Under the pieces are notes generated by a model, which saw only the letters and a program-made list of their open reading frames with translations, was not told the DNA's origin and ran no database searches. From Proteromonas lacertae (lineage: Eukaryota), in the NCBI GenBank assembly GCA_002245135.1, contig NGBS01000024.1, positions 1 to 64,000 of the forward strand: a stretch of DNA of 64,000 nt, in the 5' to 3' direction. Position 1 is the first letter of the stretch. Every line of letters starts with the position of its first letter. Shown here piece after piece: positions 37,801 through 52,400 of this stretch. A program made the translations under genes and the position numbers.

Positions 37801-40640
37801 GACAAAGAATTATCCATACTAAAAGATACAAAAATGATTGGAATGACAACAACAGGAGCAGCTAGATTAATTGATATGATAGATAAATTAGGAGTTGAAG
37901 TGATAGTAATAGAAGAAGCTGGAGAAGTATTAGAAGCTCATACATTGGCATTAATGTGTGAATCTTTAAAACATTTGATATTGATTGGAGATCATAAACA
38001 ATTAAGACCTTCAGTAGTAAATTTCAATTTGGAGAATAAATATCATTTGACCAGATCATTATTTGAAAGATTGGTATTAAATAAAGTTGATAAAGTGATG
38101 TTAGATACTCAAAGAAGAATGAGACCCGAAATATCTGATTTAATTCGATGTCCATCTTTATATCCAGATTTGAAAGATCATGAAAGTACCTTAAATCGAA
38201 GAAATATTCGTGGTTTAGTTTATAATGTATATTTCTTTGATCATAAAATATTTGAACCAGAAAATGAAGAAAAAGATGAAGAAAGTCATAGTAAAGTGAA
38301 TGTACATGAATGTGAAATGATAATTCACTTTATGAAATATTTACTTCAAGTGGGATATAAACCAGAACAAATAACAGTATTAAGTTTCTATTTAGGTCAA
38401 TGTCAATTAATATATGAAGAATGTAGTAAATTATTAGGAAAAGAAACAGCAAAAGAATTTCGAATAATTGCAGTAGATAATTTCCAAGGTGAAGAGAATG
38501 ATATAATCATATTCAGTGCAGTTCGAAGTAATTTGAGAAATTCAATAGGATTTTGTCGAGTAGAAAATCGAGTGAATGTTGCTTTATCTCGAGCTAAGAA
38601 TGGTTTATTTATGTTTGGCAATATGGATTGTTTAATAAATGGAAGTCATAATCGAAGTGTATTTCCTGAAACTGATTTATGGGATTATATAAAAGAAACA
38701 TTGACTAAAAGAAATATGATAGGCAATATTTTACCATTAGTATGTCCAAATCATGAAGAAAGATTTTATTCAATAGAAAAAGTAGAAGACTTTAAGAGAT
38801 ATTGTCCAAATGGAACATGTGGTGAGATATGTAAAAGAAGAATGAAATGTGGTCATAGTTGTAAGATGAGATGTCATTTTGATGAATGTGAAATACATTG
38901 TAGAGAAGATTGTACAAAATTTCTGTCTTGTGGCCATCAATGTAAAAACAGGTGTAATGAGAATTGTGCAATAATTTGTTATGAATTAACTGAATTAAAA
39001 CTTCCATGTGGACATAAGGCTGATGTAAAATGTTATATGAAAAATGATTTGCAATTAGTAAAGTGTTTAGAAGTATATATTGATTATAGTATATATATTC
39101 TATATAGCCATGTAATGCTCAACTTCCATGTGGTCATTTTTGTAAAGGAAAATGTTATGAATGTAAAAATGGACATATTAAATGTAGTGAATCTTGTGAA
39201 AGAATACTTCCATGTGGTCATCAATGTTTAAATAAATGTGGAGAAGAATGTAGATGTAATGAAATAATCGAAGTTGAACTTCCTTGTAAACATAAAATGA
39301 AGATAAAATGTTATATGAGAAATAATCTAGATTCAATTGATTGTTTTGAGAAATTAGAAAAGAAATTGGAATGTGGTCATACAATGAAATATAAATGTTG
39401 TGATAAAGATAAGCCAAATTCTTTTGAATGTAAATATCCATGTAGAAAAAAATTGGATTGTAATCATATTTGTGAGGGTAATTGTTACAAATGTAGAAAT
39501 GGTCATATTCCTTGTTCAAAGCCATGTGAAAAAATGTTAGAATGTGGTCATCCATGTCAAAACAAATGTGGAGAAGAATGTGTAAAAAAATGTAAAGTAC
39601 CAATAAAAGTAATCCTAAGTTGTGGACATGAAGATAGGATAGAATGTTGTGAAAAGAAGAATTTATCTTTGATTTATTGTAAGCAACCATGTAAAGTTAT
39701 ACTTCCTTGTAATCATAAATGTAAAAACAAATGCAGTGAAGAATGTACATCAATATGTAATGAAATGATAGAAGTGACTCTTCCATGTGGACATAAAAAG
39801 AATATAAAGTGTTATTTGAGAGATAAGCTAGAAACAGTAAATTGCTTAGAAGTATAAAATTATTCGAATTACTATTATAATTAGAAATGTAATAGACTTC
39901 TACCCTGTGGTCATGAATGTGAAAATAGATGTTGTGATGGTTGTACAAATCATTGTAAAGTTATCATACAAATTAAAGGTACTTCACTTGCATGTGGTCA
40001 TACTCAATTTATTGAATGTTATAAGCGTAATGAAGTAATTCAATGTAAAAAAGTATATTAACAGATTATATAATGAATAGAAATGTAATATAACTCTTCC
40101 ATGTGGTCATACAAAGAATGTGGAGTGTTATATGAGGAATAATCTAGAAGAAGTTAATTGTAATAAAGTATATGATTATCATTATAAGTTATATATATAT
40201 ATATATAGCCTTGTAATGCAATTCTTCCATGTGGTCATAGGTGTAGAGGAAGTTGTAGTAGATGTAAAAATGGTCATATTCAATGTTCTGAGGATTGTGA
40301 AAAAATACTTCTTTGTGGTCATCAATGTTCAAATGAATGTGGAGAAGAATGTCAATGTAAAAGAAGTATATTTGCAATTCTTCCATGTGGACATAATGAA
40401 ATGATAAAATGTTTTATGAGAAATGACTTACAATCAATCAAATGTTCAAAAGTATATTATTGATGTTATTTATTAATTTAGCCTTGTAATGTAATTCTTC
40501 CATGTGGTCATAGGTGTAGAGGAAGTTGTAGTGAATGTAAAAATGGTCACATTAAATGTAGAGAATGTTCAAATGAAAGTTTAATAGAAAGATTAAGAAG
40601 AATTAGAATTTCTAATTTCAGTATATTCTCCTCCAATTAG
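34900..40640 (+). CDS. ZNFX1: ZNFX1-like SF1 RNA helicase, copy A (apparent frameshifts; pseudogene or consensus errors)
   Basis: THYLLLRAD, KRLQFG, YFEAY, intron-split QGPPGTGKT, IEEAGE, GDHKQLRP, VDNFQGEE, NVALSRA and about 19 LxCxH zinc-finger units. Confidence 0.85.
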
Positions 40641-40718
40641 AAGAAATGTTATTGGAACAAGTTTGGATGATTTTTTTAAATGAATCAAATAATTATTTAT
40701 TATTACTATAATTATTTA

Positions 40719-41928
40719 CTATTCATCTTTCTTATCTTTATTTTTGTTAATCAAATTATATACTTCATATACCACACCTAATACTACAACTATCATTATT
40801 CCATACAAACATTTACTTATATTTCCACTATATTCATTCATTTTTCTTTCAAAAACAGAATAACTTTCACAAACATCCATTCTCTTTATTATACCACACT
40901 AGAATAAATATATATATTATTAATATATATATACTGCTTTGTTATTATTACTTTCTAAACAACAACTAATATATTTATGTGGATATTCATGTTGATCAAT
41001 AAATAACAACACAATAACATAAGCAACTACTGGCAAAATGAATATTATATATTCTTTACAAGATTTTATAGCTGGGATAAATCTAAGCATCATACGTTTA
41101 GTGAATAATAAAACAAATGGTAAGAAAAGCAATAAAACATAAAAGGATGTAGTGAAATAACTGAATGAACTGCTGACAAATAAATAAATATTAAAACATA
41201 TTGCTATAATTGATAATACTATGGTTGATTTATAAGATGGATATATTACATTATCACTAACAGTTGGTAATGGTTTAGAAGCGATTATAACTGATAATAC
41301 AAACTATATATGTTGTATATAAACATATGATTAAATATTTATACTTGAAATGAAATACTAATGATTGTAAGTATTGGAGGTATATTGGTATTTGGTTTAC
41401 TGTAAAACCCATAAAATATATCAAATGCTTTACATACTAATGAATTAGAAATAAACTTGCATGGTTTTTGTTTTAAAGATTCTTCATAAGCACAACAATA
41501 ATCATAGTATTGATTATAATTATTCAATGGTAGTGAAGATGGTGAAAAATAGCAAATTGACAATACGGGAAGTAGAAAGGCAAAGCTAAGCAAGTAAAAT
41601 TACACAAATCATACAATGAAAACAGAATTCTATACAATGATGAGTGTAAGATTGTATGATCTAAAAATCCATAAGTCCAGAATGATAGTATCAATAAAAT
41701 ACCATCAGCAACAGCATAATTGATATGTTTATATACAATATCATACTCTAGAAGTAAATTATTAGTTAATATAATACCTAAATGACTACTTAATGTATAT
41801 TCTCTTACAATGACATATAGAGAAGTTGAACAAAGAATCTATTTATAAAAAGCAAGATGACATACCCTTAACAGCGATAGAATCATAGTTAAATGAAATG
41901 GACGAGAAGACTTAATTATTCTTTTCAT
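40719..41928 (-). CDS. Hypothetical multi-pass ER membrane protein, multi-exon
   Basis: Hydrophobic exons; ends KKDE* (KKxx). Start is approximate. Confidence 0.5.
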
Positions 41929-42007
41929 ATTCACAAATATTTTCAAAAATTGATTAATACAAAATACAAATGTATTTGTATTTGAAGGTTGAAAATAAAT
42001 CAACAAA

Positions 42008-45000
42008 ATGGCTGAAACACAACTCAGTGACGACCCCATAAAAGAAATTGAGATGATAGCCCCAAAGCCTGTCAATATAGATGTGAAAAACATAGATTGG
42101 TCAACGGCACAAGATGCTTTGAAGAATGGATGTAAAAAGTATTATCACTGTGTTAAGCAAGCAATTCCAGAGCTTGTTCCCGCTGATCTAATACTTAAAA
42201 AATATTCCTACAGTGCAACAATACCAAGAACAGAGAATCCCTACGAACCTACAGGTTTAGGAACAGTATTGAAAAGAATGTATAAGACAATAACATTCCA
42301 AAATCCCACAACAAAGAAAATAATCCTAGATAACATTTCATTATGTTTTCCTTCTGGATCTTCAACCATTGTATTATATTTATATATATTTATATATAAA
42401 TATAAATAGATACTAGGTCCACCTGGCTGTGGTACTACTTCATTATTAGATGCATTAGGTGGTAGAAATAATAATGGAAAAGTAGAAGGTGTTTGTCAAT
42501 ATGGTGGAATAAATATAAATCACTATGAATGGACAAGATTTGCTATATTATGTGAGCAGTTAGATAATCATAATGCGACTTTAACAGTAAGAGAGACATT
42601 TGAATTTAGTAAAGAATGCCAAAATGGAAAAGATAATTTTTATAATGGTTTAGATGTTGATTCACTATTTAAAGTATATATATATTATTATTATTATTAT
42701 TATTATTATAAATAGAAAGATATTGCTTTAAAAACAGCTATAACAATCAAATCATTAGGTTTAGATATATGTGAAGACACAATAGTTGGTGATAATTTAA
42801 AAAGAGGTATTAGTGGTGGTGAAAGGAGAAGAGTGACATTAGGTGAAATATTGGTTGGTCCACAAAGAGTAATATTATTGGATAAATTCAGTACTGGTTT
42901 AGATAGTGCCGTAACTATCGATATAGTGAGAATGTTAAAAGATTGGGCTATAGAAATGAATGGAATTGTAGTTGCTGCTATGTTACAACCTGATCCTGAA
43001 GTAGTGAATTTATATGATAATTTGATATTATTAGAAAAAGGAATTGTTACTTATTCTGGTCCAACAAAAGATGCTGCTAAATACTTTGAAGGAATGGGAT
43101 ATAAGAAGCCAAAAGGCAAAGATTATGGTAGTTTTATAGCTGAAATGGGTTATTATTCATTCAGAGAGGATATAAGTCCAGGAAATCCAATTCAAACATT
43201 AGACCAAATGAGAAAACATTATGAAGAATCTGAATACTGTAAAAACATGGAAAATAATATAAATAAGTCATTAAATAGTAGTACAAATATTTTGAATACC
43301 CCTTATGCTAAGAAAGTCTATACAACTGTCTATCCAAAGAATACTTGGGATATATTTATGATTGTATTGAAGAGACAAGCCAAGCTAATGATTAGAGATA
43401 GAACTTATTTGATTGGTCGAGTTGGACAATGTATTGTGATGGGAATTATATTGGGATTAGTGTTTGGTAAAGTATATATATAATTGTATATATTTTGATT
43501 TAGATGAAAGTAGAAAATCCAATGCCAAGATATGGTTCGATGTTCTTTTTCTCCATGTTTTTAATATTTGGTAATTTTGCACAATTAGGAAGCATTTCAG
43601 CACAAAAGAGAGTGTTAGCTAAACATGCAAGGAATAAATTCTTTCCAAGATTCTTATATATCATATCATCAATACTTGTACAATATCCATTCATACTGAT
43701 TGAAGTTGTTTGTTTAGGTACTCCATTGTATTGGATTACTAAACTAACAAAAAGTGATAATAGTCAACACTTTTGGATATTTTTAGCTTGTGGTGTATGT
43801 ATGCATGCTGCAGGTTTGACATTAGTTCGAGCAATTGTGTTTTTATGTAAAAGTGAGTTTATTGCATTAGGTGCTTTAGCTATGATTATATTTGTATTAG
43901 CCAATTTATGTGGTTTTACAGTAGCAAAAGATGATATTTCTGATGTTTTTATTTGGATGTATGTAATTATAATATTTATTGTTATATTTCTAATTAGATA
44001 TTATATTAATCCATATACTTATACAATGAAGATATTAGCTACGAATGAGTTTCTATCATCTGATGAGAAGTATAATGTAAATGGAGATAGTGTTATTGGC
44101 AGAGTATTACTGAAATCAATGGGATTTCCTACAGAGAAAGATGATATGTATTTGTGGTTTATTGCTTTGATTATTATGCATATTTGTTGTATAACTTTCT
44201 TTCTCAATATTATCATGTAATAGATTTGATAATAAATATTATCATTGTGTATTTGACTAAATATACATCAACGATTTCAGTATTTATTTATTAATTGATT
44301 CTTATTAATAGTATGTCGTTGATGATGAAAATGTAAAGAAATTAACAGATATGCAAAGATTAGAATCTTTAAGTAGAGTGAAAAGTCGTCATTCTGCATT
44401 AGTATCAGAAACAATCACATTGAGTTTTCATAATTTATGTTATTATGTAAATATAAAGAATCCAACAACAAAAAAGAAGGAAGAAAAACAATTATTATGT
44501 AATATTAATGGCTTTATTCGTCCAAATACTCTTACTGCATTAATGGGATCAAGTGGTGCTGGTAAAACAACATTATTAGATGTATTAGCCAATCAAAAGA
44601 CTTCTGGAAGAATAACTGGAAGTATATTATTCAATGGTCAAAAATTGGATAAAGTATCCTTAACACACTACCTAGGTTATGTTGAACAAGGTGACAATTT
44701 ACCTGCCAAAGATACAGTATATGAAGCTTTAAGGTTTAGTGCAAGATTAAGATTACCCAATACTTTGACTGAGAAACAATTGGATCAAATAATCAATGAT
44801 ACAATGGAGTTATTAGACTTAAAGAAATATGCAAAAATGATGATAGGAAGTCCTGGTGATGGTTTATCAATGGCAATTCGAAAATTAGTTATGACAGGTA
44901 TTGAATTAGTTGCAAATCCACCAATTATCTTCTTAGATGAACCAACTACTGGTTTAGACAGTAACAGTGCATTATTAGTTGTTCAAGTATTAGAAAGAGT

Positions 45001-46247
45001 AGCAGCAACTGGTAAAAGTGTGATATGTACAATCCATCAACCATCCTTTGAGATATTCAAACTATTTACTGATATATTATTATTAGAAAGAGGTGGAAGA
45101 ATGATTTATTTAGGAAATAGTGGAAAAGATGGTGAAGAATTAGTAAAATTCTTAGAAAGTAATCCAGAAGTTCCAAAATTAGAAGGAGATGTAAATCCAG
45201 CTAGTTGGATGTTAGAAGTAACAGGAGGTGGTGTTAATATTAAACAAGTGGAAATATCCAAATATTATGAGGAAAGTGACTTAAATAGAAAGAATATGGA
45301 AATATTAGAAGAAATTGAAAGAAACAGTGGAGGTAATAAATTAAAGAAATTACCTCGATTAATGACACCTTATACAAGACAATTGAAAGAAACACTGTTA
45401 AGAGTATCTAGATTATATTGGAGAACATTATTATTAACATTACCAAGGATGTTAGTTTCAATAGTAATTGGTTTAATATTAGGTGGAATATACTATCAAG
45501 TATAATTATAATTATTATTATATTCTTATCATTGAATAGAAAGAAACAAAGACTGAAGCAGGAGTTCAAGCAATATTGTCATCATTATTTATCAGTGGAT
45601 TATTTACAGCAATATTCTCATGTGTAATTTGTTTACCAGCTATGTTTGATCAAAGAAATGTTGCTTATAGAGATGTAGATATGAATTTAGTTCATCCAAC
45701 AACTTATACAATAGCTTATTCATTAATAGAAATTCCATTAGCAATTTTAACCTCATTTTTAGTGTTGATAATAATTTATGGAATGATTGGATATATATGG
45801 GAAGTAGAACATTTCTTTTTCACTTGGATTTGTTGTTTTTTATTAATTCTCTTCTCCACTTATGTTGGTCAAGTTTTATCATTTGTTGCTCCTACTCTAC
45901 AAGTTGCAATACTTGGTGGTGTAGGAGTATTATCGTTATTAAATACATTATCAGGATTTTTAGTTCCATATCCTCAATTATATTTCTTCTTTAAGATGTT
46001 GTATTGGATAGATGCAGTTCAATACTACTTAGTTGGTGTTTGTTCAATGCAATTATTCTGCTTTAAAGGAGATTGTAAAGTAATAACAACAACTGGTGTA
46101 AGAGATGTGAATACGTTTTTAAAAGAAGTGCGAGGGTTGGATTATGATAGAAGATGGTATAGTGTTTTAGCAATTTCTGGATTTTGTTTACTATTGAGAA
46201 TTCCTATGACATTTGCTATATCAAAAATTAGATACAAGACTACTTAA
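42008..46247 (+). CDS. Full-size ABCG/PDR transporter (NBD-TMD)x2, multi-exon
   Basis: RGISGGERRRVT, STGLDS, LMGSSGAGKTTLLDVLA, FLDEPTTGLDS, CTIHQPS and two TM domains. Confidence 0.95.
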
Positions 46248-46329
46248 TTATTGATATAAATATATTATTTAATATGTTTGTTATAGATGTATTTTTCAAT
46301 TATATCAATATATTATAATTTATCTTACA

Positions 46330-46361
46330 CAGGGTTGTATAGATTCATCAACCGAAGGTTA
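46330..46361 (+). mobile_element. Solo left TIR of the same hAT-like family as the end at 7527
   Basis: CAGGGTTGTATAGAT matches the reverse complement of 7513-7527 at 14/15 positions; both ends also have a subterminal AACCnnAGGTTA-like motif. Confidence 0.5.
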
Positions 46362-46809
46362 ATTATAGAATTTGTACAATCACAAATTATATTTCTTTTT
46401 CAAATTAGAGAATTTTATTGCATTTGATTACGATTTATCTCTCTCTAGCATAATCTCGAATTTCTCCTAATACTTCTCCTACTAGTTTGAATAAGTATAA
46501 ATATTTCAAATTTATTTGTATTTTTCCTTCTTTTGTAATTGCCATTGATCTTCAAATCCTCTAATACACAAATATAGTTATCTGCTGGAATTTTCTTATT
46601 CATGTCACTGTATTATTAGTAACACTACTCATTTTAACTTTTATAAAGTCAATTATATAAAAATATTACTACATCACTTTTGATTTTGATTTTTATAAAA
46701 ATGAGAATCAAGCCTTGAATATAGTAATTCAAGCTATTTTTATATTTTCATTGTTTTTGAGTAAATATAAACAACAACACATTATAAAGAATGTGAATGT
46801 TATATATAA

Positions 46810-48945
46810 TCATATAATCAAACTTAATTGATGAGAAACTGATATTAATTCAAGAGAAGTGTTATTACCATATAATTCAGCATATGAATATAATGGAGAA
46901 GGTAAATCTTTAACAAGCAAAACAGGAGATGAATCATTATGACTTATCCACCATTCTCTTTTATTCATATCAACAATCACTTCATAAATTGAACCATTTC
47001 CATGATTATTGATATTTGGATTTGAATTAACAATTCTTCCAATATAACAAAATTTATTAATATCTTCACTTTTACCATTCCATGCATAATAATTACATGT
47101 TGTTGATTGATAATAAATATAATTACCAGAAAATGTATTATTAGTGGATAATCCTAACATTATTTCATCATATTTACTTCCATTTTGATGAAATTGATAT
47201 TTGATATGATAAACTCCATTTTCCATTTTCAAATTCAAATAACAATGATGATAATCATAAATTGTATTACTTATTAATTTTCCATTATTTGAGATTGATA
47301 TTCCATCACATTTGTTTAATTCTGTGAATGTTATATCAATAAATTCCAATGATATTTTGAATTTCTTTTCATTTAGAATATTCTTACAACTTATTTCATA
47401 TTCTCGATTTTCGATTTCTTCAGCAACTTTTCCATGAATTATTCCATTTTCTTTATCTATTATTATTCCATCTGGCAATGAAGGATTGACTGAAAATTCA
47501 CATCGATTTCCATCACATAAAGGAATTATTGATATTTCTTCATCTAATATAAATGAATATTCTGATTGAGGATAAGAAAATGATGTGATTTCTTTTGTTT
47601 TTAATTCTTTCATTAATTCTTTATCTTTTATTATTTCTATCATTTCTTCTTCTTCTTCGAAACTCAACTTATTCTCTTTTATATATTCTATTAATATTTC
47701 TTTAGATTTGGAATTTAGATAATTATCTTCATTCAATATTCTAAAAAGAATTTCTTTTCCACATATTTCTTCTATTATTGAAATACTCTTTCTATCATCA
47801 ACAAACAAACATAAACATTTCATTGTTCGATTTCTTTTATTCTCATTATATTCCATACATAATCTTTCCAATAGATTTCTCTTTTCGATATTTGAGATAT
47901 ATTCTATTTAAATATATTTTTAGTATTTATACTTTCCTTTTTCACATTCTTATATTTCATTATCATCAATACTATTTCGGTCATTTTTATATTATTCATT
48001 TCTAATATACACATTATTTCATCACTTAATTCTTCTTCTTTCATTTTATCCAATATTCTTCTTTCTTTTTCATTAAAGTCTTCTTCTTTATTATCTTCAT
48101 TGTAATTATTCATTATTACATTTTGAATTCTCTCATCTTTTATACAATATATTTCTATATGATTTTTACATTCATTTTTCTTCAATTCTATTTTCATTTC
48201 TTTCAACATTTCTTTATTCTCTTTTTCTATCTCTTTCTCTTTTATCTTTTCACAATCGATATCTTCTTCTATCAATTGTTTAAAATCATCTTCTATCTCT
48301 TTATTATCTTTCTTATTCTTTTGGAATTTATACCATTCTAATAAGCGATTTAATAACCATAACTCATTCACTATTATCACATCTTTCATATTTAATAACT
48401 CGATCAAATTATTCATTTCTAATCTCAACAAATATTCATTCTTATATAAATATTTATATCCTCGCTTTTCTATTTCCATATTTTTCAAGTCTTCTATCTC
48501 TCTCAAACATCCACCAAATACATTACAAATATGAATTAATTTCATTAATACTTCATCATCTATATTATTCTTCACAAATTCATAACAATCATTTATTATC
48601 TCTTTTTCACAATAACATAAACAAAACATCAACACTTCACACACACTCTCTTTACAAATTATCAATTCACCACCACTGTAGTATTTCTCCATCTCATAAT
48701 ATCCAATTTCTTCGATTTCTTCATATAACTCGAAAACTCCAACAAACTCACGATCTAATAACAGTTTCTTTACAGTCTCATTTCCATTCACTAAAATTGA
48801 CTTGATTGACATTATTCGATTATCTCTAATCTTCACTTCTATATCACCAAAACCACTTTCAACCAATTTTCGACATAATCTATCATAAAAATAAATACAA
48901 AATATACCCTTCTTCTCTTATTTCCCTATTCACTTTTATTATCAT
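46810..48945 (-). CDS. BTB/BACK - putative Ig - SPRY/B30.2-like protein
   Basis: BTB/BACK-like N-terminus (GDIEVKI...NELWLLNRLLEW), Ig-like PSLPDGIIIDKENGIIHG and SPRY-like C-terminus. The two track ORFs join in frame through a 29-nt intron. Confidence 0.65.
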
Positions 48946-49429
48946 CTTTATGTAAATATATAACAAAAATAACGAAATTAGATTTTTATCGAAATTTTGA
49001 ATAACCCAAAACTTAAAATGTGATTTAAATCATATACAGAAGGTGTGATAAAGACAATAATACTCTATTGTGATTTATCAATGCATATTGCATATGATCT
49101 GATGATATAAATGATGAATAGTAAGTGACGGTGTTAGTTTGTGTTATTGATAATGAAATGTAATATAAACATGATGTAGACGGTGTTTAAAATTAATCAT
49201 TTCTATGAACATTTGAAGATTCGTTAAAGTTCCTTTATATTATTATGAAAAGAATGTTTCTCTGTGATAGACATATATATAAACACATGGTATACATAAG
49301 GCCAACTAATAGTTCTTACAGGTTATGCAAAATGTAAATGTGAATGTATGTGAATATGTGAATATATTACGAACGATTTACAAAATTATCTAAGAAATAA
49401 TATAATATGAATGATTATAATAAATTCCT

Positions 49430-52400
49430 TCAGTATCTTCTTCTACTATTCCTATAGTAGTAGTTATTATCATTTCTTCTCCTTTTATAACTCTCTATAA
49501 TATCTCCTTTTGATGTATCACCATTCATCCAACATCTCATAATACACCTTCTTCCATCAGGCAAATTTACTATTTCTTTTATTTCTTCACATCTATAATT
49601 TCTTAAAAAGAATGAACTATTTTTACTACCACATCTAATTGTAGACATATGTCCACAAGGTAATTTTAACAATTCAATACAACTAGATGTGCATTCTTCA
49701 CCACATCTATTTTGACATTTGTGTCCACATTCCAATAGTCTCTCACATGGTTTTAAACAAGGAATATGACCATTTTTACATTCAAAACATCTTCCTTCAC
49801 AAATGTGTTTACATTCTAATAAGGTTTTACATGGCTAAATAGATAGATATAGTAATATATAATATACTTCAGAACAATCAATTTCTTCTAAATTATTTCT
49901 CTTATAACATTCTACATTTCTTTTATGTCCACATGGAAGAGTCACTTCTATTATTTCATTACATCTACATTCTTCGCCACATCTATTTTGGCATGGATGA
50001 CCACATTCTAATAGTCTCTCACAAGGTTTCATACATGCAATATGACCATTTCTACATTTGTAACAAGTTCCTTCACAAATATGATTACATTCCAGTTTTC
50101 CTCTACATCGAACTTCACATTCAAAAGTCTCTGGTTTATCTTTATCACAACATTTATATTTCATTGTATGACCACATTCCAATTTCTTTTCTAATTTCTC
50201 AAAACAATCAATTGAATCTAGATTATTTCTCATATAACATTTTATCTTCATTTTATGTTTACAAGGAAGTTCAACTTCTATCATTTCATTGCAATTGGAT
50301 TTGCAATCTTCTCCACATTTTCTTTGACATATACTATCACATTGATGTTCACATTTAAGTTTTCTTTCGCAAGGTCTCTGACATGGAATATGACCATCTT
50401 TGCATTGGAAACATCTTCCTTCACATATATGACCACAACTCAAAAGTTTATTACATACCTATAACATTAAACGAATAATAATTATAACTTTATACATTAT
50501 AACAATTAATCTCTTCCACATTATTTCTCATATAACATTTTATACTCTTCTTATGTCCACAAGGTAGAGATACAACACAATCCTAATAGATTTGTAATTA
50601 ATTAAATATACATTGTTACATTGAATAACATCATTACGCTTATAACATGGTATAAATTGATTATGCCCACATGACAATTTGCCTTTTAGCTTTATTATAA
50701 AATCACAATTGCTAGTGCATTCTTCACCACATCTATTTTGACATTTGTGTCCACATTCCAATAGTCTCTCACATGGTTTTAAACAAGGAATATGACCATT
50801 TTTACATTCAAAACATCTTCCTTCACAAATGTGTTTACATTCTAATAAGGTTTTACATGGCTAAATAGATAGATATAGTAATATATAATATACTTCAGAA
50901 CAATCAATTTCTTCTAAATTATTTCTCTTATAACATTCTACATTTCTTTTATGTCCACATGGAAGAGTCACTTCTATTAATTCATTACATATGTAGGTGC
51001 ATTCTTCATTGCATTTGTTTTTACATCTATGGCCACATTTAAGTATAACTTTACATGGTTTATCACAATTAATTGATGTTGAATTGTTCTTATTACAGCA
51101 GTCTATCATATCTTCATGTCCACAAGGTAGAGTTACTTTTACCAATTCTTTACATTCTTTTGTGCATTCTTCACAGCATTTATTTCTACAGTTGTGTCCA
51201 CATTCAAGTTTTCTTTTACATGGCTAGAAATTATACTATATTCTATTATACTTTATTGCATTGTACTTTTGATAAATCTTTAGATTGAAAACATTTTACT
51301 ATATTTTCATGGGAGCATGGAAGTTTTACCTTTACTGGTGTTATACATTCTTTTGTGCATTCTTCGCCACATCTATTTTGGCATGGATGACCACATTCTA
51401 ATAGTCTCTCACAAGGTTTCATACATGCAATATGACCATTTCTACATTTGTAACAAGTTCCTTCACAAATATGATTACATTCCAGTTTTCCTCTACATCG
51501 AACTTCACATTCAAAAGTCTCTGGTTTATCTTTATCACAACAATAATATTTCACAGCATGACCACATTCTAACTTCTTTTTTATTATCTTATAGCATTCA
51601 ATTGATTCTAAGTTATTCTTCAAATGGCATTCAATATTCTTCATTTTATGTTTACAAGGAAGTGTTACTTCTATTTTTTCTTTGCACTCTTTTGTGCATT
51701 CTTCACCACATCTATTTTGACATTTGTGTCCACATTCCAATAGTCTCTCACATGGTTTTAAACAAGGAATATGACCATTTTTACATTCAAAACATCTTCC
51801 TTCACAAATGTGTTTACATTCTAATAAGGTTTTACATGGCTAAATAGATAGATATAGTAATATATAATATACTTCAGAACAATCAATTTCTTCTAAATTA
51901 TTTCTCTTATAACATTCTACATTTCTTTTATGTCCACATGGAAGAGTCACTTCTATTAATTCATTACATATGTAGGTGCATTCTTCATTGCATTTGTTTT
52001 TACATCTATGGCCACATTTAAGTATAACTTTACATGGTTTATCACAATTAATTGATGTTGAATTGTTCTTATTACAGCAGTCTATCATATCTTCATGTCC
52101 ACAAGGTAGAGTTACTTTTACCAATTCTTTACATTCTTTTGTGCATTCTTCACAGCATTTATTTCTACAGTTGTGTCCACATTCAAGTTTTCTTTTACAT
52201 GGCTAGAAATTATACTATATTCTATTATACTTTATTGCATTGTACTTTTGATAAATCTTTAGATTGAAAACATTTTACTATATTTTCATGGGAGCATGGA
52301 AGTTTTACCTTTACTGGTGTTATACATTCTTTTGTGCATTCTTCGCCACATCTATTTTGGCATGGATGACCACATTCTAATAGTCTCTCACAAGGTTTCA

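Noticed and set aside
42410..42890. Degenerate NBD1 Walker motifs (GCGTT, LLDK) as a novelty
   Set aside because: Asymmetric, degenerate sites are normal in PDR-type transporters.
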